Positions 46,562-56,382 of a stretch of 64,000 bases of DNA are shown piece after piece; position 1 is the stretch's first letter; every line of letters starts with the position of its first letter. The notes beneath the pieces are model-generated. The model ran no database searches, was not told where the DNA came from, and was given only the letters and a program-made list of their open reading frames with translations. The position numbers and the translations under genes are program-made. This DNA is from Clostridia bacterium (GTDB lineage Bacteria; Bacillota; Clostridia; Oscillospirales; CAG-272): the NCBI GenBank assembly GCA_017625755.1, contig JAGAKG010000041.1:1709-65708 (forward strand), in the 5' to 3' direction.

Positions 46562-47917
46562 TTAAATTTTTATAACTCCGAAAGCGCTAAGCACCGAGGA
46601 GATAAGGATAACGAGAATACATACGGGCGCAAAGTATTTTATCACGATTGAGAACATTTTCTTTTGCTTAAAGGGGGCTGATAGCTCAAGCTCGTCGATA
46701 AGAGTTTGCGGCTTTAAGAAATAACCTACGAAAATACACGTTGCCAAGGCTACGATAGGCATAAGAACGCTGTTGCTTGCAAAATCGAAGAAGTCGAGCA
46801 GCTGCATACCGAGTATCTTGACTCCACTCCATGCGCTGTATCCGAGAGATGATACCGTGCCGAGCACCATACAGAACAAAAATACAAATATACAGCAAAG
46901 TCTTCTGTTGATGTTCACTTTATCGAGAACGGTAGAAACTACTGTTTCCATAAGGGAGATAGATGAGGTGAGCGCGGCGAAGAATACCATTATAAAGAAC
47001 ATCGCGCCGATAAACGCTCCGCCGGGCATTATATCAAATATTTTCGGAAGCGTTACGAACATAAGGCTCGGCCCGCTTGCGCTAAGAGCTTCCTCTCCGC
47101 CAAAGGCAAATACGGCGGGGATTATCATAAGACCGGACAAAAATGCAATTCCTGAGTCGAAGATCTCTATCTGATGAGTCGATTTTTCGATGCTGATATC
47201 CTTTTTCATATAAGAACCGAAGGTTATCATAATTCCCATAGCTAATGACATGGAGTAGAAAAGCTGACCCATAGCAGCGACAACGGTCATTATAGAGAAC
47301 TTAGAAAAATCAGGCTTGATGTAGTATATAACGCCTTCCCAAGCGCCGTCTACGGCAATCATACTGTATATTGCAATAAAAATAACGAATACAACGAGAA
47401 TAGGCATCATTACCTTGCTTACCTTTTCAACGCCCTTGTTGACGCCAAAAATAACGATTATCGCGGTTATCGCCATAAAGAGCGCAAACCAAACGATAGG
47501 CTCAACGCTTGATCCGATATAATTTCCGAAATATGAATCATTTGCCATAGCCGAGCCTTGTCCTGTTACAAAGCCTGCTATATATTTCATAACCCATCCG
47601 CCGATAACGGAATAATAGGGAAGAATTATTGCGGGAACGACAGCGGCTAAAACACCGATGAATGAGAATTTCTTGTTAAGAGCGCGAAACGCGCCGATAG
47701 GACTGAGCTTGGTTTTGCGTCCGATTGCAATTTCTGCAACCATAAGCGAAAATCCAAAGGTTACGGCAAGCGCGATGTAAACAAGCAAGAATATGCCGCC
47801 GCCGTATTTTGCGGCAAGATACGGAAAACGCCAAATGTTTCCCAAACCGACAGCAGAGCCTGCAGCAGCAAGCACAAAGCCAATCTTGCCGGAGAATGAG
47901 CTTCTTTTTTCTTCCAT
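46562..47917 (-). CDS. Sodium-dependent transporter, SNF (neurotransmitter:sodium symporter) family
   Basis: GFVLAAAGSAVGLGNIWRFPY signature and about 11-12 TM segments. Confidence 0.9.
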   Translation of the reverse strand: MEEKRSSFSGKIGFVLAAAGSAVGLGNIWRFPYLAAKYGGGIFLLVYIALAVTFGFSLMVAEIAIGRKTKLSPIGAFRALNKKFSFIGVLAAVVPAIILPYYSVIGGWVMKYIAGFVTGQGSAMANDSYFGNYIGSSVEPIVWFALFMAITAIIVIFGVNKGVEKVSKVMMPILVVFVIFIAIYSMIAVDGAWEGVIYYIKPDFSKFSIMTVVAAMGQLFYSMSLAMGIMITFGSYMKKDISIEKSTHQIEIFDSGIAFLSGLMIIPAVFAFGGEEALSASGPSLMFVTLPKIFDIMPGGAFIGAMFFIMVFFAALTSSISLMETVVSTVLDKVNINRRLCCIFVFLFCMVLGTVSSLGYSAWSGVKILGMQLLDFFDFASNSVLMPIVALATCIFVGYFLKPQTLIDELELSAPFKQKKMFSIVIKYFAPVCILVILISSVLSAFGVIKI

Positions 47918-48216
47918 AATGTACTCCTGAATAAAATATCAAGCTTAGCTAAAGGGATGCTAAACATAATTATTATACCATACGATGATATAAAATGCAA
48001 GTGTATAATTAAATAGACAAATTTTCTACACTTTTTATCATAGCCGAGGTTGACGTTACGTCAACTTTTGAGTATGTGATTATAAACAAAAAGAAACTTT
48101 ATAGGCGCAGAAGGCTTTTCTAACGCGTACTTGTGTATCAAGAGGGGAAACGTACAAGCGAGGATAACGCCGATCATTTTCAGCGTTCTTTTTGTTTTCT
48201 CCTTTTTTTAAAAGTG

Positions 48217-48245
48217 TTGACTTTTTTTAAAATACAGTGTATAAT
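48217..48245 (+). promoter_or_regulatory. Near-consensus sigma-70 promoter for candidate structured RNA copy 1
   Basis: TTGACT, 17-nt spacer, TATAAT. Confidence 0.7.
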
Positions 48246-48249
48246 CTTA

Positions 48250-48330
48250 TCAAGAATTCAACCAGACGCCGGCAGAAATTGCACGGAAATCCGGAGGTAA
48301 CTCCAAATTTCGGTTGAATTCTTTTTTTAT
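48250..48330 (+). ncRNA. Candidate structured small RNA (unclassified), copy 1
   Basis: Outer stem AAGAATTCAACC/GGTTGAATTCTT plus a U-run. Inner hairpins CCGGCA-GAAAT-TGCACGG and GGAG-GTAA-CTCC. No ORF. Paralog at 59281-59357 with compensatory changes. Confidence 0.6.
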
Positions 48331-48581
48331 TTTTTACCATGCTTTTTTGCGTATTGTTTATTGAATTTCTTTATAGCTTAAAGCGTTTTTGACGGTCGGT
48401 TGCTTTATCTGCGGATGCGCCGTAATGCTTTTGCTACCATAATAATCCCTTTAAGATAATAATATAGCGCAAAAGCGTTGCGTTCGATAAGAATAAAAGC
48501 AAGTTTTAATAAAAAAGCATTGAAATCGGCGACAAAATATCTTATAATTAAGTAAAGATATTTAAAATGAAGGAGAATAAA

Positions 48582-49292
48582 ATGAAATTTATCACAGTTG
48601 AAAATTATGAAAAGCTCAGCAAGATGACATCTGATATTATCGGCGCGCAGGTTATTTTAAAGCCCGATTGCGTGCTTGGCTTGGCAACGGGCTCATCGCC
48701 TCTCGGAGCTTATGCATCCTTGGCTGAAAAATGCGAAAAAGGCGAGCTTGATTTTTCGGGCGTGCGCTCTGTAAACCTTGACGAATATGTAGGACTTGAC
48801 ATAACTAACGATCAGAGCTACCGCTATTTTATGAATAAAAATCTTTTTGAAAAGATAAATATAAAGCTTGAAAACACACACGTTCCCAACGGCTGCGCAA
48901 GCGATCTTAAAAAAGAGGGAGAGGAGTACGACGCGCTTATAAGCGCTCTTGGCGGAATAGATATTCAGCTCCTTGGCATCGGTCTTGACGGGCATATTGG
49001 ATTTAACGAGCCGGACGACGTTTTCGTTAAGGAAACGCACACGGTAAAGCTTGACGAATCTACCATTGAAGCAAATTCAAGATTTTTTGCATCAAAGGAT
49101 GATGTTCCCAGAGAAGCTATCACTATGGGAATGATGTCTATTATGCAGGCAAAGAAGATAGTTCTTATCGCAAACGGAAAGAGCAAGAAGGATATTTTAA
49201 ATAAGGCGTTCTTCGGCGAGATAACACCGAGAGTTCCCGCATCCATCCTTCAGCTTCACCCCGATGTAACGGTAATATACAGCGAAAACTGA
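48582..49292 (+). CDS. nagB: Glucosamine-6-phosphate deaminase
   Basis: LGLATGSSP...NLDEYVGL...LGIGLDGHIGFNEP. AAGGAG RBS before the ATG at 48582. Confidence 0.9.
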   Translation: MKFITVENYEKLSKMTSDIIGAQVILKPDCVLGLATGSSPLGAYASLAEKCEKGELDFSGVRSVNLDEYVGLDITNDQSYRYFMNKNLFEKINIKLENTHVPNGCASDLKKEGEEYDALISALGGIDIQLLGIGLDGHIGFNEPDDVFVKETHTVKLDESTIEANSRFFASKDDVPREAITMGMMSIMQAKKIVLIANGKSKKDILNKAFFGEITPRVPASILQLHPDVTVIYSEN

Positions 49293-49311
49293 TCGGCACA
49301 GAGGGTAATCT

Positions 49312-50004
49312 ATGAAAATAATGAGCTTTAATACACAGCACTGCCTTAATTTTATCGAGCAAACGGTGGACTATGAGCTGATGGCAAATACGATAACGGA
49401 GCTTGGCGCGGATATCGTTGGACTTAACGAGATGTTTAATGGCGGAAGGTATTGCGAGCAGACAAAAAAGCTATCCGAGCTTACAGGACTTAAATACTGC
49501 TATTTTGCCAAGGCTATTGATGATTCCGAGGGAGAGTACGGAAACGGGCTTCTTTCAAGATATCCTATAACAGAGGCAGAGAGAGTTATTATTCCCGATC
49601 CTAATCCTAAGCGCTATCCTGGTGGATATTATGAAACAAGATGCCTTTTAAAGGCAAGGCTTGAAAACGGATATACGGTCATAATAACTCATTTCGGATT
49701 AAATAGGGATGAGCAAGAAAATGCCGTATCTGCCGTGCTTGAAAATATAGAGAGCGAAAAATGTATTCTTATGGGCGATTTTAACGTTTCGCCTGATGAT
49801 AGCGTGCTTTTGCCGATAAGAGAGCAAATGACGGATACTGCTTCGCTTTTTGATAAGGAGCTGCTTAGCTGGCCGTCCGACAAGCCGAGAATGAAAATAG
49901 ATTATATTTTTATTTCACGTGATCTTGAAGCTCTTTTTGCGGATATTCCGCCAATCGTAGCATCAGACCACAGACCGCATATTGCGATAATAAAAGAGAA
50001 TTAA
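49312..50004 (+). CDS. Endonuclease/exonuclease/phosphatase (EEP) family protein
   Basis: IMSFNTQH...DIVGLNE...MGDFN...SDHRP. Confidence 0.8.
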   Translation: MKIMSFNTQHCLNFIEQTVDYELMANTITELGADIVGLNEMFNGGRYCEQTKKLSELTGLKYCYFAKAIDDSEGEYGNGLLSRYPITEAERVIIPDPNPKRYPGGYYETRCLLKARLENGYTVIITHFGLNRDEQENAVSAVLENIESEKCILMGDFNVSPDDSVLLPIREQMTDTASLFDKELLSWPSDKPRMKIDYIFISRDLEALFADIPPIVASDHRPHIAIIKEN

Positions 50005-50008
50005 AAAA

Positions 50009-50033
50009 AGCGTAGCTGCGGCTACGCTTTTTT
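50009..50033. terminator. Bidirectional rho-independent terminator
   Basis: A-run, AGCGTAGC-TGCG-GCTACGCT, T-run, between convergent genes. Confidence 0.8.
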
Positions 50034-50039
50034 ATTAAA

Positions 50040-50816
50040 TCAAGCGATTTGCTTTTTTCTCTTTTTTTGAATGAGAAAATAGATATAGTAAAACGCGGTA
50101 ATATATACAAGAAACAGTGAAATAACGATCACAGGGTAGACTATTTTGTTTCCGTTTACGAGATTGTAGAAGATATCGTATGGAGTTCCGTCTCCGCGCA
50201 TTAAGAACATATAGTTGTAATCCAAGGCTATATTAGCTATGAGCGCGGCAATACAGAAGCTGAGAAGAATTGAAAAGGTGATGGGTATGCTTTTCTTTTT
50301 CATACTCGTCATTCCCGATATGGCTATGTAAAGAGAAGAAAATCCCGATATTGAGTGAGTTATTCCCGAAATGACGTTATCAAAGGACAGAACGGGGTAA
50401 GAGCTGTAATTGTTTCCTGCGGCGTACGTGCCGAGCACTGCGCCGAGAATACCGAATATCATAACGAAATCAAGAGAGGCTTCCTTAACAGAGCCCTTTG
50501 AAAAAGCGGCGAGAGGTATCGTTATAAGCTGAATACTGCAAAGGAACAGCGGAAGATCGTACAGCCAACTCATAGGATCGCTTGAGCGTACGCACATTAA
50601 AACGATCTTGAATATCTCAAATGCGTCTATAAGTATTGCACAGACCATCAAAACCTTATTTTTTTGCTTGTATTCCTTTTTTCTGTAGGTTAAGCCGAGC
50701 CATATTGCAAGAGAGATCATTATTACCATAAGAGAAGAAACGAAGGTTATATGCTGCCACGAAAAATATCCCTCTACGGGACGGGAATATCCGCCAAAGC
50801 CAAAAAATTCTTTCAT
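50040..50816 (-). CDS. Polytopic membrane protein (possibly YwaF/TIGR02206-like)
   Basis: About 7 TM segments. N-terminus FSWQHITFVSSLMVI. The family call is tentative. Confidence 0.4.
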   Translation of the reverse strand: MKEFFGFGGYSRPVEGYFSWQHITFVSSLMVIMISLAIWLGLTYRKKEYKQKNKVLMVCAILIDAFEIFKIVLMCVRSSDPMSWLYDLPLFLCSIQLITIPLAAFSKGSVKEASLDFVMIFGILGAVLGTYAAGNNYSSYPVLSFDNVISGITHSISGFSSLYIAISGMTSMKKKSIPITFSILLSFCIAALIANIALDYNYMFLMRGDGTPYDIFYNLVNGNKIVYPVIVISLFLVYITAFYYIYFLIQKKRKKQIA

Positions 50817-51024
50817 AAAAGCTCCTCAAAATATGAATATAATATTACTGTATTTATAAATTTTATCATAAAAAGGGAGATTTGTATATGCTTTTGTCGA
50901 AAAATTAACAATTCGTACAAAAAATACTTGCGAATAAAATAAAGAAAAATCAAAAAATTTATTGAAATAATTTTTCTTTTGTGATAATATGTCACTTGTA
51001 TTAGACAAAGAGGTGAATTTTTTA

Positions 51025-51960
51025 ATGCTTTCAACGTTTTTAGCGACACTGGGTGTCGTTTTTACGATGATTATTTACGCCGTCCCGGGTTTTTTGCTCG
51101 TAAAGACCAAGCTCGTTGCGGAAAACAGTATTTCCGCATTTGCAAGACTGCTTATGTTTGTATGCTCTCCCTGTCTTGTTTTTTCTTCAATTACGAGAAA
51201 TAATTTTTCATTAGAGCTTGCTTTAAATCTTTTGATATCGATCGTATTTATATCCGCTATGCTTCTTTTGGGGCTTGCGATATTCTTTTTTGTGTTCAAA
51301 AGGAAAAAAGACGACGTAAAATACAGAATATATAATCTTGCAACGACGTTCGCCAACTGCGCGTTTATGGGCGTTCCCGTTTTGGAAGTGGTTTTCCCTA
51401 ATAATCCTCAGGTTATTGCATATTCCGCTATGTTTTCGCTTGCTATGAATATAATCGGCTGGACTCTCGGATCTTATATAATCTCAAACGACAGAAAATA
51501 TATGAGCGTAAAAAAGATATTCTTAAATCCTGCCACGATCGCGTTTTTCGTGTCGATACCGTTTTTCGTATTCGGAATCCAAACGCCGTCGCTTCTTAAG
51601 GAAATGATAATTCTGCTTGGAAAAATGACAACACCGCTTTGTATGCTGATTATGGGTATGAGGCTGGCATGTGTGTCGATAAAAGAGGTGTTTTTCACCC
51701 CGTCACAGTATCTTATTATCGCGATAAAGCAGATACTTTTCCCGCTTATTGTTCTTCTCGTTCTTTTGATAATGCCCTTCGATTCCGAGATGAAGGCGGC
51801 AATCTACATAATGATGTCGTGTCCCGTTGCAAGCGTTATCCTTAGCTTATCGGAAATGATAGGAGAGGGGCAGAAAAACGCGGCAAATCTCGTTTTGCTC
51901 GGAACGTCGCTTTCCGTAATAACGATACCCGTTATGTCCTTGCTTGTCGGAATACTTTAA
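51025..51960 (+). CDS. AEC (auxin efflux carrier) family transporter
   Basis: About 10 TM segments with an AEC-like N-terminus (MLSTFLATLGVVFTMIIYAVPGFLL) and NCAFMGVPV. Confidence 0.65.
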   Translation: MLSTFLATLGVVFTMIIYAVPGFLLVKTKLVAENSISAFARLLMFVCSPCLVFSSITRNNFSLELALNLLISIVFISAMLLLGLAIFFFVFKRKKDDVKYRIYNLATTFANCAFMGVPVLEVVFPNNPQVIAYSAMFSLAMNIIGWTLGSYIISNDRKYMSVKKIFLNPATIAFFVSIPFFVFGIQTPSLLKEMIILLGKMTTPLCMLIMGMRLACVSIKEVFFTPSQYLIIAIKQILFPLIVLLVLLIMPFDSEMKAAIYIMMSCPVASVILSLSEMIGEGQKNAANLVLLGTSLSVITIPVMSLLVGIL

Positions 51961-51992
51961 AAATCGGAAAAATCCGACTCGTTGAAATAAAA

Positions 51993-52023
51993 AACAGGAA
52001 TTTTTACAAATTCCTGTTTTTTT
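51993..52023. terminator. Bidirectional rho-independent terminator
   Basis: AACAGGAATTT-TTAC-AAATTCCTGTT flanked by A and T runs. Confidence 0.8.
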
Positions 52024-52052
52024 ATGTGTCGGTCTTTTGTTATAAAAGCTGT

Positions 52053-53777
52053 TTAACCGTTTTTGGCGAATTTGTGATAAAGCTCCTTGATCTTGAAGTA
52101 GGATGCCTTTGGATTGCGGTATTCGTCAAGTATTCCCTTATTGTTAAAATAGCGAACGCGGTTTAGATCCATCGAGTGAGACGTTCTTATATTGCAGAAT
52201 TGCCATATGTAAGTGCCTCTCATATAATCGGTGTTATGGAACAGCTCAAGGCAGTATTCGATAAGATCTCTTTGATATTCCTCGCTCCAGCGAACGGTAT
52301 CAAAATGTGAATGGAAGCCCATAAGTGCCGCCGCGCCGAATTCACTCATGATCACGGGCTTGTTCTCCCAGCCCTTTTCCGATCTGCGGGCTCTGAATTC
52401 CTCGATCATCTTATTCCAATCGGAAAGATTACCGTTATAGCCTCGGTAAGTATACCAGCCGTGATATATATTTATACAAATAATATCGTCAAAGTCCATA
52501 TCGTTGTCAAGCAACGGATGACAGGACGCGTGTGTGATAAGACGGTTTCCGCCGTTTTCTCTTAGGAATTTACTCCACTGTTTTGAAATCGGATAGGTAT
52601 GCTCGGAGTATGTAGCGATCTCATTGTGCATACCCCAGATTATAATTGATGGGTGATTATAATAGCACTTGACCATTTCCTTGTGCATATTATAGCCTCG
52701 CTCAACTATGACGGGATCCTGAAGCGATTGCTCGCTGAAGCCACAGCCCCACATGGGAATTTCGCTCCAAAATAAAATTCCGCGTTCATCGAGCATATCA
52801 ACAAAAATCTTGGAATTAGGATAGTGAGAGCCGCGAACAGTGTTGCAGCCCATATCGAGCATAAGATCGATATCCTTTTTCATCAGCTTAGGCGGAAAAG
52901 CAAAGCCCCAATCGGGATGCTCCTCGTGTCTGTTCACGCCAAGAAGCTCGATGCTGTGTCCGTTTAAAAGGATATCTCCGTTTTTAACCTCGATTTTTCT
53001 GAAGCCGATCTTATCAATAAGATCGTCGGTATCGGTAGAAGCAACAACAGTATAAAGATTAGGTGATGCTGTGTCCCAAATAGCGATATTGTCAAGAGTA
53101 ACTAAAGGAGTTTTAAGGCTTGATTTTGAATAGCCGTCAAGAGTAACATTGTCGTTATAAATTACAGAGTCGCCAATCTTTACGCTGACACAAGATGTAA
53201 CAGGTGAGCTGCTTGCGTTGTAAAGCTCAAGCTCGGCGCAGACATTTGCTGAGCTAAGATCCTCGGATAGCTCATAAACGATGTGATTATTAAGAATACA
53301 AGCATCCTTTAGCTTGTGCGCGAACACATCTCTTGCGATACCGCCATAGTTAAACCAGTCAGTATATCTTTGAGGGAAGGATTTTTTATCTATTCTGTTG
53401 TCTGCACGAACGATAAGGATATGCTCGCCACAGCTTACATCGTTCGCGATAAGCTCAAATTGAGTAAAAGCGCCGTAATGCTCGCCGAGCATTTTGCCGT
53501 CGAGCCAAACGGTAGCCGCTGTCATAACGCTTTCAAATTCAAAAAGAAGTGTGCCGCCCTCTGTTGTGAATTTCTTTTCATACCAGCCGCATCCCTCAAA
53601 GTTGAGAAGCCCGAGCTCGTTGTTCCAAACAGACGGAACGATAACAATATCTCCATTCGGCAAGCCGTTTTGCCAGCCCTCGCTTTCTCCGATACAGTCG
53701 GGATCCGTTGCAAAGCGCCAAGCTCCGCTAAGCTCCGTAACGTTTCTTTTATAATGGTCTTTAAATAATCTTTTCAT
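52053..53777 (-). CDS. GH2 glycoside hydrolase (beta-glucuronidase/beta-galactosidase-like)
   Basis: GWYEKKF, VWLDGKMLGEHYGAFTQFE, NHPSIIIWGMHNE and MSEFG, in a UidA-like arrangement. Confidence 0.8.
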   Translation of the reverse strand: MKRLFKDHYKRNVTELSGAWRFATDPDCIGESEGWQNGLPNGDIVIVPSVWNNELGLLNFEGCGWYEKKFTTEGGTLLFEFESVMTAATVWLDGKMLGEHYGAFTQFELIANDVSCGEHILIVRADNRIDKKSFPQRYTDWFNYGGIARDVFAHKLKDACILNNHIVYELSEDLSSANVCAELELYNASSSPVTSCVSVKIGDSVIYNDNVTLDGYSKSSLKTPLVTLDNIAIWDTASPNLYTVVASTDTDDLIDKIGFRKIEVKNGDILLNGHSIELLGVNRHEEHPDWGFAFPPKLMKKDIDLMLDMGCNTVRGSHYPNSKIFVDMLDERGILFWSEIPMWGCGFSEQSLQDPVIVERGYNMHKEMVKCYYNHPSIIIWGMHNEIATYSEHTYPISKQWSKFLRENGGNRLITHASCHPLLDNDMDFDDIICINIYHGWYTYRGYNGNLSDWNKMIEEFRARRSEKGWENKPVIMSEFGAAALMGFHSHFDTVRWSEEYQRDLIEYCLELFHNTDYMRGTYIWQFCNIRTSHSMDLNRVRYFNNKGILDEYRNPKASYFKIKELYHKFAKNG

Positions 53778-53827
53778 AACTTTCTCCTATTTAATATTTA
53801 ATTTTAATATTTAATAAAAACATCTCT

Positions 53828-56230
53828 TTAGTCTCTTAATGGTATATCGTAAACCGACATTAGAGTAATTTCCTTTAAAAGTTCCGCTTTTGAAAGCTTT
53901 GTGCTTGCAAATATCCTGTAAGGCGCAGGGCTTGAAAGATCAAAATAGTTATCACTTAGGACAATATCGTGATCCCTAAAGGATACATAAACATTTTTTG
54001 CAAGCGCGGATGCGGTAAGCGTAAGATACACGCCGCCCTCGGCATCCTCGGCTTCTATGCGTATTTTAGGATCTGAAAGCTCAAAATGCTTTGGCTTTTC
54101 GGACAACTCAACATCGCGGGCTATAAGATTATTATTGCTATCGTACAGCTCTGTGTAAAAATATACATCTCTTTGACCGTTAAGGGCGGAGTCGGGAATG
54201 GATTTGACATCACACGAGGAAAGAGGCATTACAGCCACGCTTGCTTCTGTTTCAAAAATCGGTGTGAAATCACTTTTCATAAAGCCTGATCTTATATGTC
54301 CCTTAAATTCACCGAGAGCCTCATTCGATACGTTTACAGTTATTTGTCCGTTTTCGCGGAACAAGCCAAGCGAAATGCTTTGATAAAATCTTCTCGCGAA
54401 ATAGTGAAGCGCCTTGTATCTGCCGTAATAGTCTATGCTTGACCACGAGGCAACCGGCCAGGAATCGTTTAACTGCCAATATATTGAGCCCATCGTATAC
54501 CCACGGCATCTTCTGAAATGCTCGACGCCGTATTTTATAGCATTTGCCTGATTGAGCTGAGAGGCGTATACGGTAGCTTCAAGATTTTTTGGAAGCTGAT
54601 AGAACTCAGCCAAATAATTAAGGAGCTTTACATTTCCGTGCCAATGCTTCTGATGACTTTCCATAGTGTAGGAGAGTAGATTTCGCTCCTCAGGCGGGCA
54701 GAAGCTGTCTATAGTTTTTATGCAGGGCAGGCTTTCAAAGCCGTACTCGGAGCAGAAGCGGAATTTATGCTTTCTGTATTCGTCAAATCCGCAGCCGCCG
54801 TTCCAAACGTCCCAAAAATGAACGTCGCCTCGCGTGCAGTCCTTGGGATCGTCAAATCCGCCGCCGGATGTCGGGCTTGACGGAGTATACGAGATCCAAG
54901 GCGCGTGCTCCGCGCAGATTTTTGGCAATATTTCTTCATAAAGCCTTAAATAATCGCGTCTTACATCGGGATCGTTTCCGTCAGCACAATCCCAATAGCA
55001 AACAGCCTCCTCCATCTCGTTGTTTCCGCAAAGCAAGCCGAGCGAGGCGTGATGGCGTATTCTTTTTACATTGTATATAGCTTCCTTTATAAATTCATTC
55101 TCAAAGTCAGGGCGCATCCATACGTTTGCGCAAGCAACCATGAAGTCCTGCCAAACGATAAGACCGTATTTGTCGCAGAGCTCATAAAAAAGATCGTCGG
55201 GATAAAACGCTCCGCCCCAAACTCTTACACAGTTAAAGTTCGCAAAAACGCAATCCTTTACGAGCTTTTCAAGGCGCTCATTTGTCATTCGAGAGGGCAA
55301 AGAGTCTATAGGAACGTGATTTGCGCCCATAGCGAATATCTTTATTCCGTTTACCTTGAAGCAAAATTCCTGACCGTAAATATCGTTTTCTCGGCTTAAC
55401 TCAAGCGTGCGAAGTCCGATCGTTTTCGTGGCGGTATCTATTAATTCATCTCCGTTATAAAGATAGAAAACGGCATCGTATAAATTCTGCTCTCCGTATC
55501 CGTTTGGCCACCAAAGGCGAGGAGAGGAAACGGTTATTTTAGCGTGTCCGTTTTCAAGCACAGCTTTTTGTCCGTCGATCTCGCAAATAAGCGTTAATCC
55601 GCTTGCACCGTGCTTGGTTTTTGCTGAAATATCAAGCTCGACGGAATCGTTTCTATGCTCTTGAAGAATCAGAATATCGTCTATTTTGTCTATATTATAG
55701 GAGTTAAGCTCAACCCTTCTGAAAATACCCATATTAGGGAGTCTTGGGGCCCAATCCCATCCCGACATATAAAACGCCTTTCTCAAATGAGACGCTCCGG
55801 GGGTAGAGCCGGAATCCATATAAAGATGATGGAGCTTTTCCATATCCTCAAAATATTTCAGGGGGGATTTAAATTCCAACCTGAGCTCATTATCCTTTTT
55901 CGCAAGCTTCTTGACATCGTATTCGTACATACGGTGCATATTCATTACGCTATCCAAAAGAGCTCCGTTAAAATAGATATCACATATTGTATCAAGGCCG
56001 TAGAGCGCGAGGGATATTTTATCCTTGGCAAGCTCATCCTTGCTCAAGGAAAAGTCGCTGTAAAATACGCAATCGTTACGAGAAAGCTCAAAGCAGCTGT
56101 TTTCATTTACTCCGTAATAGGGATCGTCTATTAATCCGTGATCAAATAAAACGCTGTACATATCGCATGGAACTGAGCAGGAAAGAGCGCGATAATCCTT
56201 AAAATCCATTTTCCAATCGTTAATAATCAT
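53828..56230 (-). CDS. GH2 beta-mannosidase
   Basis: VPCDMYSVLFDHGLIDDPYYGVNE, NCVRVWGGAFYP, WQDFMVAC and SEYGFES. The 800-aa length fits beta-mannosidases. Confidence 0.8.
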   Translation of the reverse strand: MIINDWKMDFKDYRALSCSVPCDMYSVLFDHGLIDDPYYGVNENSCFELSRNDCVFYSDFSLSKDELAKDKISLALYGLDTICDIYFNGALLDSVMNMHRMYEYDVKKLAKKDNELRLEFKSPLKYFEDMEKLHHLYMDSGSTPGASHLRKAFYMSGWDWAPRLPNMGIFRRVELNSYNIDKIDDILILQEHRNDSVELDISAKTKHGASGLTLICEIDGQKAVLENGHAKITVSSPRLWWPNGYGEQNLYDAVFYLYNGDELIDTATKTIGLRTLELSRENDIYGQEFCFKVNGIKIFAMGANHVPIDSLPSRMTNERLEKLVKDCVFANFNCVRVWGGAFYPDDLFYELCDKYGLIVWQDFMVACANVWMRPDFENEFIKEAIYNVKRIRHHASLGLLCGNNEMEEAVCYWDCADGNDPDVRRDYLRLYEEILPKICAEHAPWISYTPSSPTSGGGFDDPKDCTRGDVHFWDVWNGGCGFDEYRKHKFRFCSEYGFESLPCIKTIDSFCPPEERNLLSYTMESHQKHWHGNVKLLNYLAEFYQLPKNLEATVYASQLNQANAIKYGVEHFRRCRGYTMGSIYWQLNDSWPVASWSSIDYYGRYKALHYFARRFYQSISLGLFRENGQITVNVSNEALGEFKGHIRSGFMKSDFTPIFETEASVAVMPLSSCDVKSIPDSALNGQRDVYFYTELYDSNNNLIARDVELSEKPKHFELSDPKIRIEAEDAEGGVYLTLTASALAKNVYVSFRDHDIVLSDNYFDLSSPAPYRIFASTKLSKAELLKEITLMSVYDIPLRD

Positions 56231-56382
56231 ATTTAAACACCTCCAAAGCTCTTTATAATAACTTTATCATAAAACGAAATTCATTTCAATACAAAACAAA
56301 AATAAAAAAACATAAATTCTATTGAAAAGCAGGAGCGTGTATGATAAAATTTCATTAACGGCAATTTGAAGGAGAATTTGTT

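Noticed and set aside
47918-48216. T-box or amino-acid riboswitch leader for the SNF transporter
   Set aside because: The likely promoter leaves only a ~45-nt 5' UTR. I found no specifier or T-box sequence and no glycine- or lysine-riboswitch consensus elements on the minus strand.
48250-48330. tRNA or a known riboswitch class
   Set aside because: There is no cloverleaf, no T-loop GTTCRA motif and no anticodon arm. By eye I could not match purine, preQ1, fluoride, guanidine, ZTP, SAM, TPP or glmS consensus features. It is kept as an unclassified candidate RNA rather than given a name.
48400-48440. 11-aa minus-strand mini-ORF (MVAKALRRIRR) between RNA copy 1 and nagB
   Set aside because: It is too short, it is unsupported by any context, and it is easily produced by chance.
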